A DNA stretch of 64,000 nt. Source: a plasmid. The notes below the pieces were generated by a model, which was given only the letters and a program-made list of their open reading frames with translations, did no database searches and was not told the DNA's origin. Below, one piece after another: positions 49,524-58,200 of this stretch. The number at the start of each line of letters is the position of its first letter. The first letter of the stretch is position 1. The translations under genes were made by a program, and so were the position numbers. Location of the stretch: sequence record AP025967.1. One strand, written 5' to 3'.

Positions 49524-50911
49524 TGTCGCGTAGTATAAGAATATTTGATGATGAAATAATTGCTAAAAAAGTTTTTACTAAAATAGAAAATGCTTCAAAG
49601 CTACCACTAAATTACATCAATAAAAATAGAGATAAATACGCCAAAGATATAAAAACAGGTAAGCTTGTTAGTAAAAATATGTTTAGAAAAAATACAGAAG
49701 TCGTTGTAAAAATTACTTCAGGTTCTAAAAATTCTCAAGCACTTTCAAAACATCTTGATTATATTTCTCGTGATGGAAATGTAGAATTAATTACAAACGA
49801 TTTTGATAGATATGCTGGAGAAGATGAGATTTTAGAAGTTAAAAGAATTTTCAAAAATGAAGGATCTCCTATTCCATTATATAAGGAAGGTGCTAAAGAA
49901 AAAAGACATACTATTAATATGGTTTTTTCTATGAAAGAACATTCTACAACACCAAAAGAAAAATTACAACAAGCTGTAATTACTACTTTAAAAAGAATGT
50001 ATCCAAATAATTTTTTTGTAGTTGCTTTTCATAATGATACTGATAATCCGCATTGCCATGTTTGCTTGAAAGTTGCGGATAAAAATGGTAAAAGAATTAA
50101 TCCAAAAAAAGCAGATTTAGCAAATTTAAGAGCAGAATTTGCAAAAGCATTAAATGAGTTAGGAGTTGAAGCAAAGGCTACAAATAAAAAGCAAAGAGAA
50201 GTAGAAATAAATCAAGAAATTTCAGTTAAATTAAATACAAATAATGAGATTAATCAAGCACCAAAAATAAAAATGCATTATTATCAAGTTATGGATTTCG
50301 GAGAAGCAAACTATCAATTTAGCACAGATAAAAATGCCAAAAAAAGTTATTATGTGAGTTATAAAACCAAAAAAGGAATAACTACAATTTGGGGACAAGA
50401 TTTAGAAAGGGTTGTAAGAGAAAATAAAGTTTTAAGGGGTGAATATGCAAGATTTAAAATAGTAGGGCAAGAAAAATATGAGATAAAAAGAAAGGCAAAA
50501 ATTAATAACAAGTGGCAAGAAGTTGTTAAAACACTTAAAAAACCTATTTGGGAAGTATCAGTAATAGGTAGAGAGAAAGATTTAAAACAGATCAACAAAG
50601 CCAAAACAACAAAAAAATATAAAATTATACAAGATAAAGGAGTGAATAATGAGAGAGATTATACAAAACAATATAGACAGAGAGTCTTACAAGAGCTCGG
50701 TAATAAATCAACTATCCGAAGAGAAACTGCCCAAGAAAGAAACTCTATGCGAATATTGTCCAAACAGCCTATGGTTCATAACACAAAACGAACTCAAATG
50801 CTTTTGCACATCAATGCACTCAATCAGTTACAGCAAGGAGAGCGAGGACGATCCGATAATATCTTGCGATGGACAAGTGCTAGGAATAATGAGATTGAAA
50901 GAGATGGATAA
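49523..50911 (+). CDS. Conjugative relaxase (MOBP/MOBQ-type)
   Basis: Histidine triad 'HNDTDNPHCHVCL' matches the relaxase motif III. 462 aa. Confidence 0.65.
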   Translation: MSRSIRIFDDEIIAKKVFTKIENASKLPLNYINKNRDKYAKDIKTGKLVSKNMFRKNTEVVVKITSGSKNSQALSKHLDYISRDGNVELITNDFDRYAGEDEILEVKRIFKNEGSPIPLYKEGAKEKRHTINMVFSMKEHSTTPKEKLQQAVITTLKRMYPNNFFVVAFHNDTDNPHCHVCLKVADKNGKRINPKKADLANLRAEFAKALNELGVEAKATNKKQREVEINQEISVKLNTNNEINQAPKIKMHYYQVMDFGEANYQFSTDKNAKKSYYVSYKTKKGITTIWGQDLERVVRENKVLRGEYARFKIVGQEKYEIKRKAKINNKWQEVVKTLKKPIWEVSVIGREKDLKQINKAKTTKKYKIIQDKGVNNERDYTKQYRQRVLQELGNKSTIRRETAQERNSMRILSKQPMVHNTKRTQMLLHINALNQLQQGERGRSDNILRWTSARNNEIERDG

Positions 50912-50933
50912 TTTATAAAAGAAAGGAATAAAA
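50861..50933. repeat. 72-bp direct repeat, copy 1 (3' end of the relaxase gene)
   Basis: Matches 54497-54568 with ~2 mismatches. Confidence 0.8.
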
Positions 50934-51006
50934 TATAAAGAATATACTAAAAATTTGGAACGCTCCTTGCTTAATTTTTCAAAGCAATATTTTAAAAGGT
51001 AATAAA

Positions 51007-51861
51007 ATGAAAAAAATTATTCTTATTTTGGCAGTTTTAAGTGGTTGTCTTTTTGCTAGCGATGAGCTAAATATCGATAGCTTGTTTAAAAAGCAAATAG
51101 GCTTAAGAAGCATTACAAGTTTATCCTTGCTTAGCACAGGAAATCCTCACTCTTATTACATTTATCCAAATATTGGAGTAAATGGAGATTTAAATGTTTG
51201 GAATGATACAAAGCAACTTTATTTGAATCAAACTTTTATTTATACGCTTACACCTAATTTCGATTTACTTATTTCAGGCGGTGGAAATTATGCAAGACAA
51301 GAGTATAACAATATTATTTCAGGTGCTTTTACAAGCAAAAATACTTTAAATTTTGATTCTTTATGGATAGGCTTTATTTATACAGGAGAAAGCATTGCTA
51401 ACTTTGTTCCGCAGATTAAATTTCAAACAGCGATCATTCAAAGAGAAAAAACAGTTTTGCAAACTAAAAACTTTTATTTTCAATCCCAAAACCTAGAAGC
51501 AAATTTAAGAGGATATAGCGACCCTGTGGTATATAGTATTTATACAGGATTTGGTTATAACGCCCAAAGAAAATTTAAAATTGCTAAAATAGAATATGGG
51601 AATAGCATTTATTTTGGTGGAAATTTATCTATAATTTTAAGCCCTAAAATTACTTTGGATTTAGGAGCAGAACAAAGATTTCAAACCGAACAAAAAATCA
51701 ATGGTGTAAAAAATTCAGAAATCAGATCAATTCCTACAATTAGTGGCGGTTCTACTTATAGCATAAATCAAGATACTGCTGTTTCAGTCAGTGCAAGTCT
51801 AGGTGGAAGCTCTGCTGCTCCTGATGCAATTTTTGGTATCAATCTATGGAAAAAATTCTAA
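51007..51861 (+). CDS. Putative outer-membrane beta-barrel protein
   Basis: Signal peptide; alternating hydrophobic pattern; C-terminal ...NLWKKF ending in Phe. Confidence 0.45.
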   Translation: MKKIILILAVLSGCLFASDELNIDSLFKKQIGLRSITSLSLLSTGNPHSYYIYPNIGVNGDLNVWNDTKQLYLNQTFIYTLTPNFDLLISGGGNYARQEYNNIISGAFTSKNTLNFDSLWIGFIYTGESIANFVPQIKFQTAIIQREKTVLQTKNFYFQSQNLEANLRGYSDPVVYSIYTGFGYNAQRKFKIAKIEYGNSIYFGGNLSIILSPKITLDLGAEQRFQTEQKINGVKNSEIRSIPTISGGSTYSINQDTAVSVSASLGGSSAAPDAIFGINLWKKF

Positions 51862-52439
51862 AAATAGCATTAATGGTTGCTCTTTTGCCTTTGTTTTTAA
51901 AGGCAGAATTTGTAGTTAAGTCTTACCAAGAAATCAAAAATGAAAAAGTTGTAAGGCAAAATTATGAAGAATCTTGTGGTGCTGCTTCTTTGGCTACGCT
52001 TATTAATACACTTGATGATAATAATTTAACAGAATTAGATTTATTAAAAACCATGAGTGGACAAAAACTTTATACAGATATGGTAAGCTTTGCAGATTTA
52101 AATGATGCAGTAAAAAAGCTTGGCTATGAAAGCAAGTCTTATAAAGTCGATAGAAAGATTTTAGAGAATATTATATCTGTTCCTATTTTAGTTAAAATTG
52201 AAGATGATCCACGCTTTCCACATTTTGTGGTGATTATAAATCATAAAGGTAATTATTTACAAATACTTGATCCAAGTTATGGAGAATATATCAGTTCTAA
52301 AAGAGAATTTTATAGTGTTTGGGATAGATACAATAAAGGTGGATTTGCTTTAGTTGTTAATCCTAAAAAACAACTCAAAGATTACAAACTCAATTTACCC
52401 AAATCTTTAAATTTTGAAATTGAACCTTTTGGATTTTAA
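51846..52439 (+). CDS. Secreted C39-like cysteine peptidase domain protein
   Basis: Signal peptide; 'EESCGAASLATLIN' resembles the C39 catalytic Cys motif, with a His downstream in FPHFVVII. Confidence 0.55.
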   Translation: MEKILKIALMVALLPLFLKAEFVVKSYQEIKNEKVVRQNYEESCGAASLATLINTLDDNNLTELDLLKTMSGQKLYTDMVSFADLNDAVKKLGYESKSYKVDRKILENIISVPILVKIEDDPRFPHFVVIINHKGNYLQILDPSYGEYISSKREFYSVWDRYNKGGFALVVNPKKQLKDYKLNLPKSLNFEIEPFGF

Positions 52440-52470
52440 TATTAAAATATTAAAATCCTTAATTAAAAGC

Positions 52471-53718
52471 CTAAACCCTAGTTTGTCCTATAAGATTATT
52501 AAGTCTATCCATTATAGATCCAACATAAGAATTTATACTTTCACTGCTTGCTTTCCAGCCATTAGCCTTTGCTTGATTAAACTGATTATCAAACCAAGCT
52601 CCACCATAGCCTATGCTTGTATTTTGCCAAGCAACTCCTTTTTCCATTGCATATATATCTGCATCAAGCCAGCCATCTTGTGCATAACCTTTTAATAAAC
52701 TTGCAAAATCAACTTTTCCTGTCATAATGTCATCTAAGGAAACGCTAAAAGAAGGATTTGCTTTCATTTCTAGCTCAAATTTTGCTTCTAAAACTTTTGC
52801 TTCAGGACTAAAAACAACTTGATTTGGAGATGGAAAAGGCGGATAGGATTTTAAAAAACTCATAAATAAAGCTTCTTTAGAATAATTCCCATCTTCATTT
52901 TGTGGATAAACTGACATATCAGGATTAAATTCACCTTCATTTGAAGGTCCTTGCTCCATGCTTTGCGGAGAAAAGTCAAGTTTCATAAGGTTCATACCCA
53001 AATTCATAGTAGAATACTTAATCGCTTGTGCTTCGTGAAATTGTTCCGCATTAAATATATTTTTTACAATTTTTTCTTTGTTTTCATTACGACCATAATT
53101 TAGTCCTTTTGGTAATTGCTCTAAATCAGCTTCGCTAAAACTTGTTTTATCATTTGGAAATGCACTTATTACTTGATTAAAACTATTATAATAGGATTTA
53201 ACAATAGAAACCATATCAAAACTATCATAATAATTACCACTAGTTTCATCAGCCATACCATGTTGATTAAATCTCTCTATCTCATCCAAAGTAGATTTAT
53301 GTATCTTAAAATCATTTGGCAATCCTGCGGCTTTGTTAAAATCACTTCCCATATAACCATCTTTATCTACACTATAACCATAGGCTGTATCAGTGCTTAA
53401 ATCTACTTGTTTATATTTTAGAGTATAAATAGAGTTTTTAAATTCACTTGATATATCATAATTAGGAGAATTTGTTTTACTACTTATACTAAAATTAGTA
53501 TTATTGCTAGTATTTGTTGTATTAGTAGAATTTAATACTTCACTTCTTGCTAGAGTTTGTGAATTTGCATTTTGAATTTCATTTAATTTACTAGCATTTT
53601 GTTTTAAAAAAGCATTAGCAAAACTTATTTTAGAATTTTCTTTACTTTCTTTATTAGCTTTTGCTTGTGAAAGTATAGAAGTATAGTTTGAGTTATCATT
53701 GATGCTAAAGATACTCAT
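52471..53718 (-). CDS. Hypothetical N/S/T-rich protein (415 aa)
   Basis: ORF. No motif recognised. Confidence 0.5.
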   Translation of the reverse strand: MSIFSINDNSNYTSILSQAKANKESKENSKISFANAFLKQNASKLNEIQNANSQTLARSEVLNSTNTTNTSNNTNFSISSKTNSPNYDISSEFKNSIYTLKYKQVDLSTDTAYGYSVDKDGYMGSDFNKAAGLPNDFKIHKSTLDEIERFNQHGMADETSGNYYDSFDMVSIVKSYYNSFNQVISAFPNDKTSFSEADLEQLPKGLNYGRNENKEKIVKNIFNAEQFHEAQAIKYSTMNLGMNLMKLDFSPQSMEQGPSNEGEFNPDMSVYPQNEDGNYSKEALFMSFLKSYPPFPSPNQVVFSPEAKVLEAKFELEMKANPSFSVSLDDIMTGKVDFASLLKGYAQDGWLDADIYAMEKGVAWQNTSIGYGGAWFDNQFNQAKANGWKASSESINSYVGSIMDRLNNLIGQTRV

Positions 53719-53824
53719 ATTAATTCCTTAATTTAGATTTTTCTGCCTTCAACCTAAATATATTAAAATAATATAAGCAAGATCTGTTCCACTTTGGAAT
53801 AAAATGGAACAGGGAGAGTGAGAA

Positions 53825-54268
53825 TTAATATTTACTTCTGAATTCGTTTAGAATTTTATAAGCAGGACTTCCTGCATAAGCCCAAATATTTGTGCCCGAA
53901 CCGTATTTGCTTGAAAAATATTGCAAATAGTAATCTTTTTGGTTATTTACATAGCGGTATTTGGCTACGATATATCCACTACTTGAATAACCAAGTTGTT
54001 TGCTTACTTCTCTATGATCATTACTGTTATCATTCAAAACAACATATCCATAAGAAGTTAGAGAACCTGCATAATAATCAAAAGCACTATCTCTTTGAAA
54101 CCGATACCCACCCTTAACCTCTTTCATCTCATCAAGGCTAAGAACTTTAACACCTGCACTATTATCACTAATTGCTCCATTACTGACTTTAGCAAGAATA
54201 TCTTCTGCAAAAGCAGAACTTGACAATAAAGCACCTAAAGCTACAACACTCAATAGTTTTTTAAACAT
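53825..54268 (-). CDS. Secreted protein with internal double-glycine-like motif
   Basis: Sec signal MFKKLLSVVALGALLSSSAFA, then 'LSLDEMKEVKGG' resembling a GG-leader cleavage motif. Tyr/Ser/Gly-rich mature region. Confidence 0.5.
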   Translation of the reverse strand: MFKKLLSVVALGALLSSSAFAEDILAKVSNGAISDNSAGVKVLSLDEMKEVKGGYRFQRDSAFDYYAGSLTSYGYVVLNDNSNDHREVSKQLGYSSSGYIVAKYRYVNNQKDYYLQYFSSKYGSGTNIWAYAGSPAYKILNEFRSKY

Positions 54269-54496
54269 TTTAGCTCCTTGTTTTAAAATGTAATATAATT
54301 CATTTTATCATAATAAATGCTCTAAATCAAATTTAATCAAAGTATTATGTTATAGATATTTAAAAAATATATATAATGATTTTATGGTATTTGTGAAAGT
54401 TTTTTATTTTTTAAAAAAATGTATAAAATTGTAATAAAGCTAATCTAAAATATAAACAAATAATTTTTTATATTGTATTACAATTTAACTCAATTA

Positions 54497-54568
54497 ATCT
54501 TGCGATGGACAAGTGCTAGGAATAATGAGATTAAAAGAGATGGATAATTTATAAAAGAAAGGAATAAA
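54497..54568. repeat. 72-bp direct repeat, copy 2
   Basis: See 50861-50933. Confidence 0.8.
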
Positions 54569-54573
54569 GCATA

Positions 54574-55278
54574 ATGAAACAAGAAGTTTATACTAGCAAA
54601 TTTTATATTTGCAAGAAAAATGAAAAAGAAGCTTGTTTTAAATTAGATTTTGAAATAAAAGCATTTGAAGAAAATCAAAAATTTTATTATGTTGAAATAT
54701 ATGCAATTATAGACTATCAATATTTGAAAAATGAAATAGCTGTTATTCCAAATACTAATAAAAATAGAAACCATTGGATATTGCGATATGATTTTAATAG
54801 TTGGAATTTTCATTCCTCTATAATGCTACATTCGGATTATAGATCTTTAGGGATAGGAACATTCGTGATAAATAAAATGCTAGAAATTGCTTTAAATTAT
54901 ATACCAACAGCAAGACTTAGTGGCAAATTAAGTGCAGTTGATGAAGTAAAATTAGAAAATCATAAAAGAAGGGATAAGTTGTATAAAAATTTAGGTTTTA
55001 TATTTAATGAAAGCAATACAGGTTTTAGTATAGATAGCATTAGCAATTTAAAAATAAGAAAAGATTTTGATTATATTCAAGAAGTTCGTATTTTTGATAT
55101 GTGTAATCAATTAGCAAATTTAAAATATCTAAAAGAAGGTGATGATAAGTTATTAAAAATTTATAAAGAAGATTGCTATAAAGAAAAAAGCAAGAATAAT
55201 ATCCTTCGTGCAAGAATTAAGCTTGTGTCTTTTGTTTCGATAGCATTGGCTGTTTGGATTGTTTATTTATTAAAGTAA
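54574..55278 (+). CDS. Hypothetical protein, possibly GNAT-like acetyltransferase with C-terminal TM anchor
   Basis: 'HSDYRSLGIGTFVINKMLE' weakly resembles GNAT motif A. C-terminal hydrophobic helix. Confidence 0.3.
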   Translation: MKQEVYTSKFYICKKNEKEACFKLDFEIKAFEENQKFYYVEIYAIIDYQYLKNEIAVIPNTNKNRNHWILRYDFNSWNFHSSIMLHSDYRSLGIGTFVINKMLEIALNYIPTARLSGKLSAVDEVKLENHKRRDKLYKNLGFIFNESNTGFSIDSISNLKIRKDFDYIQEVRIFDMCNQLANLKYLKEGDDKLLKIYKEDCYKEKSKNNILRARIKLVSFVSIALAVWIVYLLK

Positions 55279-55299
55279 AAGGCAATTGCCTTTTACTAA

Positions 55300-58200
55300 T
55301 TATATTTCAATATCATATTCTTTTTGAATATTATTGTTTTTATTTAAATCTTCTAAAATCTTTGCAGATTTTGGCAAAAAATCACTTTTGTAGTTTTTTT
55401 GTTTACTCATTTTTTCTATTTCATCCATGATAATGCGATTGTCTTCTCTTAATGCTTCTAAATAATCCTTTCTTTTGTATTTTGGAGTGTTATCCCCTGT
55501 AATGCTTTTTAGCTCCACAATTTCTTTTTCAAGATTTTCTATCTTATTTTTATTGAGTTGAGTAAATTTTTCTAAGTCATTATAAAAATTGTTTAATCTC
55601 TTTACAAAACCACCAAAATTTACATAACTTTCCAATTTAAAAAAGGTTTTTTCATCTCTTTTATAAATCAAATTTTCAGGCTCAATTATTGTTTTACCAT
55701 CAGTAGTACTCACATAAAAATTAAGAGTGTTTAAATCTGTTCTTTCTCCGCTTATAAGCAGTCCTTTAAACTCTAAAACCTTATATTCTTTTTGATAGTC
55801 ATCAGCTATTGTTTTAACAATCTTTTCAAAATTTCTTTCAAGTTCTGCTTGTCTGCTTTTGTTTAGATCACTCGTATCATTTTTAAAGACAATGAAATCT
55901 TTTTCATCATCATTAATGTAATACTTTCCTTGAAAATGCTCACTATTATTTTCTTTAATGATTGAATTTAAAATTTCCATTTTAGCTATATCTTTTTTTA
56001 GTAGTTCAATCTTTGAAAGATTAGTTATAAGACTTTCTTCATTATTGTGTATTTGTCTTTTATAACCACTATAAAGCATTTCTTCTTGTCTTAGATCACT
56101 ATTTAATTGCACCTGTAGTAAAATGAGTGGATTGCCTGTTGCTTCTGCTTTCATTTCTGCAGCATCAGCTGCACCACTTGTAACATCTTCTAAGGTTCTT
56201 ACATCAGCACCAGCTTTTCTAAATTGTTCTATGGATCTTGCTTTGCTTTCAATGACTTGCCACATTCTAGCATCATAGGTTCTTTCAGTTGCATATCTAA
56301 ACTCTTTTACTCTAAAGTTTTGTGGATCTCTCATAAAGAGTTCATTGCCTTGTCTTATAACTCTACCGCTTCTTTGTTCTAAATCGCTCGGACGCCAAGG
56401 GCAATCTAAATGGTGTAAGGCTACAATTCTTTTTTGCACATTTGTTCCAGCACCCATTTTTTGCGTTGATCCAATTAAAATTCTAGCCTTTCCTGAGTTC
56501 ATATCTGCAAAAAGCTGTCCTTTTTGTAAGTCTGTTTTTGCATCGTGAATGAAACGAATTTCATTTTGTGGAATACCTTTTGCAACAAGTTTTTTTAAGA
56601 TATCAGTATATACATCAAATTTTGCTTGTTCTGCTAAGAGTTCATCAAGGCTTTTGCTATTCTCTTCTTCTGTTTGTTCTATTGTTTCATTAATATTGAC
56701 AAATTCTTCTTTATTTAAATTTGGTGTAGCAATATTGCCATTTAGAGCAACTTTTTGTGAGTGTTGTTTTGGAGTGGATAAATCACAAAATATTAATTGT
56801 GTGCCTTTATCATCATTCCAAGCATTATACTCATTAAAAACATTTTCAATAAGCTTATTAATTTTAGAATTTGCATAATCATCACAATGTGGATTAATAA
56901 GTCTAAAATCAAGTCCAGCTTTTCTAGCATCTGTGGTACAAGCAAGTAAGTTATTTCTAGTAATATCATCTTGTTGATGCTCCATTCTCCACACAATAGA
57001 GCCTTCATTCCATCTTCCATTTTCATCTTGAATGCCTATAAATTCTGCTATTTCTTTACTTCTAGGAGCAACGATATTAATAGGTTTGTCATTGTAAAGC
57101 TTTGGCACGAAATCTTTTTGATATTTCATAATATCATTATTTGTTACAATATCAGCCACACTTTTATACATGGTAGAAAGTTCAGGAACATTTTTGAATT
57201 TGTTAAATCTTGCAACGATTTTATAATTTATTCCAGAACTATCAAGCTCCCAAGCGTTTGTAACTTCTCCAAAAGTAGAAGCCCAAGAATCAAAAGCTTG
57301 TATCCCTTTTTCTTTTAAGATATTTGGTTGTATGTATCTTTGCAAAGTATAAAGCTCTGTAATTGAATTGCTTATAGGCGTTCCTGTTAAAAAATAGAGT
57401 TTTTTATTTTGCTCGTGAATATATTGTGTTTTAGAATAAAGATCATAGGCTTTTTGTGAGCCTTTTAAATTGCCAAGACCACTTATATCACCCATTGAAG
57501 TTGTAATGAGTAAATTTTTAAACTCATGTGCTTCATCAATAATTAATGCATCAATTCCTAATTCTGAAAAATCTATCGCTTTAGATTTTTTATGTGTAGT
57601 TTGCAAATCACTCAATTTCACCTTAAAATTTTCAATGCGTTTTTCTAAGTCTTTTACAGAATATCGCATAACATTATCATCGTTTCGTTTTTTTTCTAAT
57701 GTTTGTTCTAAGATATTAATATCTTCTTCATATTGTTTTTTGATAACTTCATAAGGTGCGGGGATTAATTTAAATTGCGAGTGTGTCATAATGATGGAAT
57801 CAAAATTATTTGTTGCAATTTTGGAAAAAAACTTTTCTCTATTATCTTTTTTTAAATCATCATTTGTAGCAACTAAAATGTTTGCATTTGTATAGGCGTG
57901 ATAAAACTCATCATTCCATTGTCTTGCTAAATGATTAGGGACTACAATCAAGGGTTTATTTAAAAGCCCCATTCTTTTTTGCTCCATCACAGAACAAATT
58001 GCCACTAAAGTTTTTCCAGCACCTACTTGATGATCAAAAATAATACTATTTTCTTGAATAGCCCTATATATAGCATTTTTTTGGTGTTTTTTGAGTTTGA
58101 TATTGGCATTGAAATTTGGAAGTTCTAAATGCTCTCCATTGTATTGTGGTTCTATATTTGTATTAAACCTTTCATTATAGATATTTTCCAAATCTGTGCG

